Positions 36,185 through 43,685 of a DNA stretch of 45,372 bases are shown here, piece by piece (position 1 is the first letter of the stretch; every line of letters starts with the position of its first letter). Below the pieces are notes generated by a model. That model made no database searches, had not been told where the DNA came from, and saw only the letters and a program-made list of their open reading frames with translations. Origin of the DNA: an uncultured Candidatus Saccharibacteria bacterium. Lineage in GTDB: Bacteria; Patescibacteriota; Doudnabacteria; UBA920. Location of the stretch: assembly GCA_964473815.1 (NCBI GenBank), contig CAYYQK010000003.1, positions 108,966-154,337 of the forward strand, written 5' to 3'. Position numbers and translations under genes: made by a program.

Positions 36185-36267
36185 ACGATTGATAGATTTC
36201 GGAGACCAAAGTCCAAGAGCCAAAGCCCTGAACCAAAAACAAGTTTCCAAAATCCGAAGACCTTTCA

Positions 36268-37260
36268 CTACCCGAGAACGACGAGACCACCAGCGCAGTA
36301 GTCGTAGGCATCGTCGAGGACGATCCCGTAGTCGAAGAGGAGGTTGCCGTCGCGGGCGCCGAAGTAGAGCGAGCAGTCAGACGACTGCCACTGCATTACG
36401 GCAAGGTCGAGCAAGGGCGTTTTGCTGTCCCGAGCTAATACATCTGGAAAAGCCACCATCGCTCCCGCAGCGTCGAAACCGCCAGCAAGCAGGAACTTGT
36501 CAGGCAGGCTCGCCATCTGTTCACGGTCGGCGTGGACGCTGAAACCTTGCAGGCAATTCGGAAAGTAAATCCCGACCACGTTGCCTTGCTTCATCGCTTC
36601 GACGAGCCGTTCGTGACGAGAGCCTTCCACTATAGTGGTCTGACCAGCGAGAGTTCCTTTGCGGTAGTTGTAAAAACTGCGCTTGGGAAACTCTGCCTTG
36701 TAGCTTCGCTCAACGGCGGGCAGGAACACTTCGTCCAATACCCGACCATAGTCGTCAACCTGTGTCTGCGGCAGATAGAACGGCAAATGAACGCCGTTGG
36801 TGATGAGTTGGGTCTTTTCGTCAACCCGCAAACCATCCAAGATTGCCTCGGCACGGTTCTCAAACTCGTCCGCCGAAATCGCCTCTTTCAGGACAAAGCA
36901 ATCAACAATGCGAGCAAGCCGCTCGGCGTAGTTAAGCTTCGTGTGTTTCAGAAAGTAGTTGCGACTTGCGTCCGTGACTGAAGCGGTAAGTGTGCGAGGC
37001 GGGATGCGACGACCGTGCTTGTCGAACCACTTAATAATCGCATCGGTCAAACTAACTTCTTTCTCGCCACGCAGGATAGCTTCAACCGCTTCCATTCCGC
37101 CGAGAATGTTCACAAGGGCTTCGTTCTGCCCAAGGTTCATCTCGCCGTATTTGGGTGTTGCAAGCTGCTTCCCCGCCAGCAGTCCGTCAATGCCTTTACG
37201 CCCATTGAGCAAATCAGCAAGCGTAATAACTTCGTTAATTTTCAAATCTCCGTGTTTCAC
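36268..37260 (-). CDS. DGR target protein 1 (330 aa from GTG 37260), C-terminal variable region
   Basis: Ends in VR1; SD aaggagga 7 nt before the GTG; paralog of target 2. Confidence 0.92.
   Translation of the reverse strand: MKHGDLKINEVITLADLLNGRKGIDGLLAGKQLATPKYGEMNLGQNEALVNILGGMEAVEAILRGEKEVSLTDAIIKWFDKHGRRIPPRTLTASVTDASRNYFLKHTKLNYAERLARIVDCFVLKEAISADEFENRAEAILDGLRVDEKTQLITNGVHLPFYLPQTQVDDYGRVLDEVFLPAVERSYKAEFPKRSFYNYRKGTLAGQTTIVEGSRHERLVEAMKQGNVVGIYFPNCLQGFSVHADREQMASLPDKFLLAGGFDAAGAMVAFPDVLARDSKTPLLDLAVMQWQSSDCSLYFGARDGNLLFDYGIVLDDAYDYCAGGLVVLG
36271..36391 (-). repeat. Variable repeat VR1
   Basis: 17 mismatches to TR, all at TR adenines. Confidence 0.97.
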
Positions 37261-37350
37261 TGTAAAATCCTCCTTCAGGCTATTTGCCCGAATTTTCTGC
37301 AAATTCCACTACCCGTGGATTGGGAACTTTCCGTGATGAAAAGATGTATA

Positions 37351-37379
37351 AATATAGCATATTTTTAGCTTTTAGTCAA
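37351..37379 (-). promoter_or_regulatory. Promoter of target 1
   Basis: TTGACT-N17-TATATT with TG extension. Confidence 0.7.
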
Positions 37380-37410
37380 CCCTTCGACCAAAAGCTATTT
37401 TTGACTTAAT

Positions 37411-37452
37411 AAACAAAAAAACGGGGCGATGAAATTGCACATCGCACCCGTT
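37411..37452 (-). terminator. Hairpin/terminator downstream of target 2
   Basis: aacggggcgatg...catcgcacccgtt with a minus-strand T run; homologous to the target 1 hairpin. Confidence 0.7.
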
Positions 37453-37527
37453 GTAGAAAATTCGAGACCAAAGACCAGAACCCAAAAGCCGAGACAAGCC
37501 CAAGCTTCCGAACTCCAAAATCCGACA

Positions 37528-38463
37528 CTACCCGAGAACGACGAGACCACCAGCGCAGAAGACGCTGGCACCGTCGAGGCCGATCCCGCTGCCGAAGCTG
37601 AGGTAGTCGCCGCTGGCGAAGAAGTAGAGCGAGCGGCCAGACGACTGCCACTGCATTGCGGCAAGGTCGAGAAGCGGAGTAGAGCCGTCCCGAGCAAGAA
37701 CGTCGGGATAAGCAATCATTGCAGCTGCGGCATCAAAGCCACCTGCCAGCAAAAACTGCTCTGGCAAACTATCCATCTGCTCACGGTCGGCATCCACCGA
37801 ATACCCTTGCAGGCAATTCGGGAAGTAAATGCCAACCACTGTGGCTTTCTTCATTGCCTCGACCAACCGCTCGTGGCGAGAACCAGCGACGATTGTCGTT
37901 TGTTCCGCCAAAGAACCTTTACGGTAGTTATTGAATGGTCGGTTACCGCCGAAATGCTCTGCATAGGAGTTATTCACTCCCGTCAGGAACACCTCGTCCA
38001 GAACCTGACCGTAGTCTTCGACATCCATCTGCGGAATGACGAAAGGCAGATAAGTGCCTTTGAGCAGATTGCTCACCCTATCGTCTTCACGGATGCCATC
38101 GATAATTGCTTCGCTCCTCGTCTCAAAGTCCGCCGCCGAAATGTTGTAAAGATACTTTGGCGAGTTGAGATAAGTTTGCAACCGAGCCAGTCGCTGACCG
38201 TAGTCGAGCGTTGGCTGATTGAAGCGATAGTCACGGTCGGGTTTCGTGGTATTAGCCTTCAACCCCCGAGGGCGAATGCGAACACCGTTACGGTTGAACA
38301 GGGACACGTTCTGCGGTCTTGCCTTGAGCAGCAGTTTACTGTCAACGACTTCCGTCGCCAATGTTCCTGCGGCTATGGCTCTGGCGTTGTTTTCGCCAAG
38401 ATTTTTGACCAAAGCGTTAAGGTCGCCTGTTTTCCAGTCCTTAATAAAAAATTCCGATTTCAT
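37528..38463 (-). CDS. DGR target protein 2 (311 aa), C-terminal variable region
   Basis: Ends in VR2; SD aaggagga; paralog of target 1. Confidence 0.93.
   Translation of the reverse strand: MKSEFFIKDWKTGDLNALVKNLGENNARAIAAGTLATEVVDSKLLLKARPQNVSLFNRNGVRIRPRGLKANTTKPDRDYRFNQPTLDYGQRLARLQTYLNSPKYLYNISAADFETRSEAIIDGIREDDRVSNLLKGTYLPFVIPQMDVEDYGQVLDEVFLTGVNNSYAEHFGGNRPFNNYRKGSLAEQTTIVAGSRHERLVEAMKKATVVGIYFPNCLQGYSVDADREQMDSLPEQFLLAGGFDAAAAMIAYPDVLARDGSTPLLDLAAMQWQSSGRSLYFFASGDYLSFGSGIGLDGASVFCAGGLVVLG
37531..37651 (-). repeat. Variable repeat VR2
   Basis: 21 mismatches to TR, all at TR adenines. Confidence 0.97.
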
Positions 38464-38548
38464 TGTCTTCCTCCTTGGGCTTCATTGCCCGAATGGTGAT
38501 TTGCCTCTACCCCGAGGCAGGGACTGCTTGGTATCAAGCAGATGTATA

Positions 38549-38577
38549 AATATAACATATTTGAGCGCATTAGTCAA
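38549..38577 (-). promoter_or_regulatory. Promoter of target 2
   Basis: TTGACT-N17-TATATT with TG extension; same architecture as the target 1 promoter. Confidence 0.7.
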
Positions 38578-38639
38578 TAATTTGACTGTCCCCTAACTTT
38601 CCTATATAATCTTATATAGCTAACTATATACGATTTAAT

Positions 38640-39692
38640 ATGACTAATTACGAAAAGCGACTACTAACTATACCCGCCTCTGTTGCCACCAAAATTGGCC
38701 AAATTGACGAGTTAAAAGGTCAATGGGTGTCTGGGGCGCAATTAAACCCACAGGTGCTGGGACGGCTTAAAAAGTCTGTTCTTGTTACATCCACAGGAGC
38801 TTCTACTCGCATAGAGGGAGCTATATTGTCGGATGAAGATGTAGAAAAATTCGTGAAAGGGATTGGTTTGCAAAAATTCTCCGATAGAGATAAAGGCGAA
38901 GTAAAAGGTTACTACGAATTACTGAACACAGTTTTTGATAACTGGCGGGCTATACGATTAAGCGAAAGCACTGTAAAACACTTCCACAAAGAACTGCTGA
39001 AATATGTAGGCAAAGACGAGAGGCATCGCGGTGAATACAAGATTGCCGACAACACTGTAGAAATGAAAGATGCATCTGGGAAAACAATTGCTGTGATGTT
39101 CAAACCAACACCAGCATACTTAACACCCAAAGAGATGCAAGAACTGGTTGAGTGGACGCAAACAGCAACAAAGGAAAAGAAATACCACCCGCTACTGATA
39201 ATTGCAAACTTCATAGTTGAGTTCTTAAACATCCACCCTTTCACAGACGGGAACGGCAGACTTAGCCGAATTTTAACTAACCTCTTATTGTTAAAAGAGG
39301 GCTATTTATATGCGCCTTATGTGTCGCACGAAAAGATTATTGAAGATAACAAACCAGACTACTATTTAGCATTACGAAAAAGTCAAAAGACCATTAAGAC
39401 TGCAAAGGAGGACATAATCCCGTGGCTTGAATTTTTCTTAGACACATTTTTACAACAATCTCGTATGGCCGTTGAACTCCTATCTGCTGAGAATGTAGAA
39501 AAGTTATTCTCCCCTACCCAGCTTAAAGTGTGGGAGTATTTACAAAAAGTAGATGAGGCAACTCCTATGGAAATTAGCGAACAAATGAGTGTTCCTCGCC
39601 CAACTGTCAATCAAGTGTTAGACAAACTGCTCAAATTAAAACGCATTGAACGGCTTGGTGCGGGTAGAGCAACAAGATACAAAAAACTATAA
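38640..39692 (+). CDS. Fic family protein with a C-terminal winged-helix
   Basis: HPFTDGNGRLSR catalytic motif; N-terminal STRIEG inhibitory-type motif. Confidence 0.93.
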   Translation: MTNYEKRLLTIPASVATKIGQIDELKGQWVSGAQLNPQVLGRLKKSVLVTSTGASTRIEGAILSDEDVEKFVKGIGLQKFSDRDKGEVKGYYELLNTVFDNWRAIRLSESTVKHFHKELLKYVGKDERHRGEYKIADNTVEMKDASGKTIAVMFKPTPAYLTPKEMQELVEWTQTATKEKKYHPLLIIANFIVEFLNIHPFTDGNGRLSRILTNLLLLKEGYLYAPYVSHEKIIEDNKPDYYLALRKSQKTIKTAKEDIIPWLEFFLDTFLQQSRMAVELLSAENVEKLFSPTQLKVWEYLQKVDEATPMEISEQMSVPRPTVNQVLDKLLKLKRIERLGAGRATRYKKL

Positions 39693-39697
39693 AAGTT

Positions 39698-41329
39698 ATG
39701 GTAAAAACTCCCTCTCAAAAACCAAAGCTTGGTGTTGGTTATATTCGGGAAAGCACCGAGGAACAGGACAAGGGCTTTTCCCCTGCCAACCAAAAACGCA
39801 CTATAGAAGATTACGCGGCTAAGAACAATATCAAAATTACGGATTGGTATAAAGACTTAGTAACTGGAACGAAAGCCAGCAAACGCGATGACTTTCAACG
39901 AATGATTACCGATGCAATGGAAAAGAAGTTTGAAGTTATTTTAGTATTCCATACTTCGCGCTTTGCCCGTAATGTATCAGAAGCCCGACAATACAAAGAC
40001 CTACTTCGTAAGAAACAAGGTATTGATGTAATTTTCGTAACTCAACACTTTGGCGATTATGATAGCCCAAGTGGCTTTTTGAACGAAGGCGTAAACGAGT
40101 TGTTTGATGAATACTACTCTAAGCAACTCAGTTTTTGGGTGCGTTCAACACTAATGGAAAAGCGGAAACAAGGAAAACAAATTGGAAGCGTTCCATTGGG
40201 TTATTACAAAAAGAAGCTGGGTTTTGATAAGGATAAAGGTAGAGCAATTTATGCCAAAGAATGGTTAGTGCATCCACAGGAAAGTAAATTGGTGAAAAAG
40301 ATATTTACACTCTACGCTACTGGCAAATATTCTTATGCTGATGTAGCCGCAGAGCTAAATAAAATGGGAGCTAAGACAAAAAGCGGTTATCCTTTCACTT
40401 ATAGTTCAATCAAAGATATTTTGGACAACCAAACTTATCTTGGCAAAGTATTTTCTAAACGGAGAGGTTATCCAACCCACACAGGTGAACATCCAGCTAT
40501 TATTACACAAAAGCTTTTTGATAAGGTGCAAGAAGTTATTGCGCAACGACGAAATACACAGGGTAGACCCGTTGCTCAACATAGGTTTTATCTCTTGCAG
40601 GATTTAATCTACTGCTGGAATTGCCGTAAATATCTAAAGGGTAAGGAAGATAATCCCAATCCTCGCGCTCAGATGTTACCAAAAATGTATTGTGAAACTC
40701 ACCAATATGTAGACGCCAAAGGTGTTAGACACGAAAAGCTAACTTACCACTGCAAGATTGCGAGGGAAACCAAATCGTGCAAACAGCCCATTGTTGCGGC
40801 AGATATAATTGATAAGCAAGTTATCGCTTTAATGGAAGGGTTTAAGCTTCCTAATGATGTGATTGAGATGACAGTCAATAGATTAAAGGTCTTATTCAAG
40901 CACGCTCAGCGTTCAGTAAAAGATTTAGATACTGTTGCAAAATTAGAAGCTAAAAAGAAAAAACTAAACTGGATGTTCGCCAATACCGAAGAACTAACCG
41001 AGGCTGACTATATAAAACAGTTGCGGGAGCTTAACAACGAGCTTCAAAAATATGATGATTTGGGTTTAGTAAAAAATAACTCTGTAACCAAAGAAACCGA
41101 ATACATAAAAAAGACCGAGAAGTTCTTAAAGAATTTCAAACAATTCTGGCGTTCTGACATTGGTGACGAAGAACGCAGGGCTTGGATACAAATGACAATT
41201 AAGCGGGTATGGGTTAAAAATCAGAAAGTTATAGCCATAGAACCGCACGATGATTTTAAGCCTTTATTCGCAGCGCATAGAAAAGTCTTGGTTCAAGCCC
41301 CGTCATCCACCCCACAAAGAACGAACTGA
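39698..41329 (+). CDS. Large serine recombinase A
   Basis: GYIRESTEEQ catalytic motif, SRFARN, recombinase domain, zinc ribbon, coiled coil. Confidence 0.93.
   Translation: MVKTPSQKPKLGVGYIRESTEEQDKGFSPANQKRTIEDYAAKNNIKITDWYKDLVTGTKASKRDDFQRMITDAMEKKFEVILVFHTSRFARNVSEARQYKDLLRKKQGIDVIFVTQHFGDYDSPSGFLNEGVNELFDEYYSKQLSFWVRSTLMEKRKQGKQIGSVPLGYYKKKLGFDKDKGRAIYAKEWLVHPQESKLVKKIFTLYATGKYSYADVAAELNKMGAKTKSGYPFTYSSIKDILDNQTYLGKVFSKRRGYPTHTGEHPAIITQKLFDKVQEVIAQRRNTQGRPVAQHRFYLLQDLIYCWNCRKYLKGKEDNPNPRAQMLPKMYCETHQYVDAKGVRHEKLTYHCKIARETKSCKQPIVAADIIDKQVIALMEGFKLPNDVIEMTVNRLKVLFKHAQRSVKDLDTVAKLEAKKKKLNWMFANTEELTEADYIKQLRELNNELQKYDDLGLVKNNSVTKETEYIKKTEKFLKNFKQFWRSDIGDEERRAWIQMTIKRVWVKNQKVIAIEPHDDFKPLFAAHRKVLVQAPSSTPQRTN
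41290..41314 (+). other. Displaced 3' end of tRNA-His (T arm, acceptor strand, CCA); putative attR of element A and junction of element B
   Basis: gg-TTCAAGC-cccgt-catccac-c-cca; catccac pairs 7/7 with gtggatg at 29009-29015. Confidence 0.85.
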
Positions 41330-42901
41330 TGTTAATTCATCGGTTCGTTCTTTGTTTATAGGGTGTTTCGTTGGTTCTGATTTTTGATATTGCACTTCGA
41401 GCTTTTTATAACCGCTCAGAACTGGCTCAAACCACTTATGCATTTCAATATTCAATGCTCCATCTTTAAGTGTGAATGCCGAACCCATTGCAGAAAATAT
41501 CTCTTTTTTAGTATTGATACTACCACTCGTGAACTTTTCTTTAGCGTGAGTTGCAAAATCAAACACCTTCTCAGTTAGCTCCAACCAGTTTACAGCACGA
41601 ACCTCTGTTTCTTCTCGCAGCTGCTTTAACTGTACTATTTTAGATTGCAATATTTTCTTTTCTGATAAATACTCATCATCAGTAATAAGATCCCGATATC
41701 GCATTTTAGTCAGATTATCTAATTGATTTTGTAACTCCAGCAAGGTGCTGCTCTGTGATTGATGCTTATCACTACGAATAGCGATCTCCTGATCATTCCA
41801 GTTATTCAGAATTTCTACTGCCCAGTCACGAAATTCAGGAAGTATCTGGAGTTGTGACAACTTTACCGTTATCTGATTATCTAATTCAGATTCTGCTATT
41901 ACCTTCTTTTGAGAACAACTCACATACTTCTTTTTACCCGTACAGTGATAATAATCATATCGCTTGTTTTCACCAGTCGATTTGATCTTTTTAAATTTAG
42001 TTTCAGCAGTTACATGGGCGCCGCATTCTCCACATCTAATAATCCCGGAGAAAGGATGTTCATGACGTTTAGGACGTGGTTTACCTTGTTTTTGTCCTAA
42101 TAATTCTTGCACACGTTCATATTGCTGAATGGTTACCATCGGCTCATGAATACCCTGATAAGTATGGCCATTCCATTCGATTATACCAGCGTAGAACTTG
42201 CTATAGAACATACTATATAACCCACTCAAAGATAAAGGCTTTCCACCTCTTAGCTTTCGTTGTATTGTACGGAAGCCCCAGTCATCATTCACAATTTTTA
42301 AAATCTGTCGTACAGAGTAGTTGCCAGTCAGCATTAGCATCCACATCTGCTTTACCATATCAAAGCGTTCAGGATCCTTTACAATCGTCTTTTCCAACTT
42401 GTCATTTAAGTAACCCAAACGAGCAAGGTTAGGTTGCCATCCCTTTTGTAATTTGCTCTCCATTCCACGTAAAGTATTCTTCCTAAGGTCTAAAATAAAC
42501 TGGTTGGCCATACCACTTTCAAGACTGAGCAATAATACACTATCTTCTGGAAGATAAGTACGATCATAAGTCTGAATAGCTTTAATTACACCATTCTGCA
42601 ACATCCATTGGATAGTACCACTATCAACCGGATTGCGTGAAAGACGATTAATTTGCCAGCATAAAATTCCATCAGCTTTACCCTGCTGAATTGCGTTTAA
42701 CATCTCTCCAAATAAAGGACGATCAGATGGCTTTTTGGCTGATTTGGATTCTTTATAAATCCCAACAACTTCTAGCTGTTGATCAGTAGCCAAATTCGTT
42801 AAACGATTTACTTGATCTTCAATGGATTGGATTTGGCGATCTTCGGATTCACTACTCTTTCTAGCGTATAGGAAATATCGCAGAGGTGGTTTTATGGTCA
42901 T
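41303..42901 (-). CDS. Large serine recombinase B
   Basis: YARKSSE...Q..SIEDQ, RL.RN..D, P.GY, C.ECG zinc ribbon; stop codon lies in the tRNA 3' fragment. Confidence 0.93.
   Translation of the reverse strand: MTIKPPLRYFLYARKSSESEDRQIQSIEDQVNRLTNLATDQQLEVVGIYKESKSAKKPSDRPLFGEMLNAIQQGKADGILCWQINRLSRNPVDSGTIQWMLQNGVIKAIQTYDRTYLPEDSVLLLSLESGMANQFILDLRKNTLRGMESKLQKGWQPNLARLGYLNDKLEKTIVKDPERFDMVKQMWMLMLTGNYSVRQILKIVNDDWGFRTIQRKLRGGKPLSLSGLYSMFYSKFYAGIIEWNGHTYQGIHEPMVTIQQYERVQELLGQKQGKPRPKRHEHPFSGIIRCGECGAHVTAETKFKKIKSTGENKRYDYYHCTGKKKYVSCSQKKVIAESELDNQITVKLSQLQILPEFRDWAVEILNNWNDQEIAIRSDKHQSQSSTLLELQNQLDNLTKMRYRDLITDDEYLSEKKILQSKIVQLKQLREETEVRAVNWLELTEKVFDFATHAKEKFTSGSINTKKEIFSAMGSAFTLKDGALNIEMHKWFEPVLSGYKKLEVQYQKSEPTKHPINKERTDELTSVRSLWGG
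41315..41354 (+). terminator. 17-bp hairpin directly after the tRNA CCA
   Basis: caaagaacgaactgatg-ttaatt-catcggttcgttctttg (one G-U pair), followed by ttta. Confidence 0.8.
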
Positions 42902-42905
42902 AATA

Positions 42906-43094
42906 TTATGTTAATTTAATTTCTGATTTTTCTAAAGACCCCTTAGGATAATCAGAACTACTTTCCTTTATTACGACTTGAAACAAACGAATCAGCTTCA
43001 AACCATATTCAAGAGCCTGATCTCGGCTAAGTTCTTTGCCGAACCGATCCATCCATATGCTTTGAAATTTTTTTAATTGTTCGTCTGTTAGCAT
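42906..43094 (-). CDS. Small protein immediately upstream of recombinase B (possible directionality factor)
   Basis: 62 aa, 4 nt upstream of the recombinase start; function inferred from position only. Confidence 0.55.
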   Translation of the reverse strand: MLTDEQLKKFQSIWMDRFGKELSRDQALEYGLKLIRLFQVVIKESSSDYPKGSLEKSEIKLT

Positions 43095-43145
43095 TTAATT
43101 TATTGTTTTTACCAAACGAAAATAGCAGCAATGAGATCATCCACC

Positions 43146-43577
43146 CTAATTCGTGGAAGATTGACCAGATTTTATAGTTTTGTATTCATGAATTGCTTTG
43201 TAAAAGCTACGCAAAATGGACGAATTGTAGCGAGTTAACAATTCTAAAGAATTATTATCTTTCAAAAAGTCCGCCAAAATGGGTATAAAATCTCGCTCAG
43301 CATCCCTTGGATATTTAGGAGTACCGCCAAAGATAAGTAATTCATTCTCAACTTTAAGGAATCGCCGCAATCGCCAATACTGTAATATGATTTGTTCAGC
43401 CAATATATTTTCTAGAACATTTTGTGGATCAAGTTCCGCATAAAGTTGCTTAGCTAATTTGTTGAAAGGTCGCGATTCTTCTGGGCTTACTATTACGCTC
43501 TTAGCTAACAAGCCATGCTTAATAGCATTGAGTTTGCTCAAGCTTGAGTTCTTTGAATTGTTTGTTTCTGTATTCAT
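43146..43577 (-). CDS. Hypothetical protein
   Basis: S..NA.KHGL motif near the N-terminus; helical composition. Confidence 0.7.
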   Translation of the reverse strand: MNTETNNSKNSSLSKLNAIKHGLLAKSVIVSPEESRPFNKLAKQLYAELDPQNVLENILAEQIILQYWRLRRFLKVENELLIFGGTPKYPRDAERDFIPILADFLKDNNSLELLTRYNSSILRSFYKAIHEYKTIKSGQSSTN

Positions 43578-43685
43578 CGTGGAGAGGACCTTTCCCGAAT
43601 TCCGACACCATAGGGTATATATTTTTCTTATTCCCCTTCCTGTTAGGATTTCGGGAAAGGTCTATTAATAATTAGCAGAACCCTT

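Larger units (their letters stand above)
34347..38577 (-). mobile_element. Diversity-generating retroelement with two target genes
   Basis: RT, Avd, TR and two VRs with adenine-only mismatches. Confidence 0.97.
29059..41292. mobile_element. Element A: ~12.2-kb integrative element with a serine recombinase, Rep-like gene and DGR, inserted in tRNA-His
   Basis: Bounded by complementary halves of a tRNA-His sharing a GGT core (29059-61 and 41290-92); large serine recombinase at the right junction. Left boundary could alternatively be about 29202. Confidence 0.75.

Noticed and set aside
35981-36268. 95-aa ORF downstream of target 1
   Set aside because: It runs through the conserved 3' tract and terminator of target 1 and shows no protein-like features.
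35764-37651. Three near-identical ~120-nt repeats considered as a CRISPR array or group II intron/retron signal
   Set aside because: Spacing, length and adenine-only mismatches fit TR/VR; there are no cas genes or spacer periodicity, and the RT has DGR motifs plus Avd.
37429-38499. 356-aa plus-strand ORF (also 36174-36542 and 36532-36981)
   Set aside because: Antisense shadows of the GC-rich DGR target genes.
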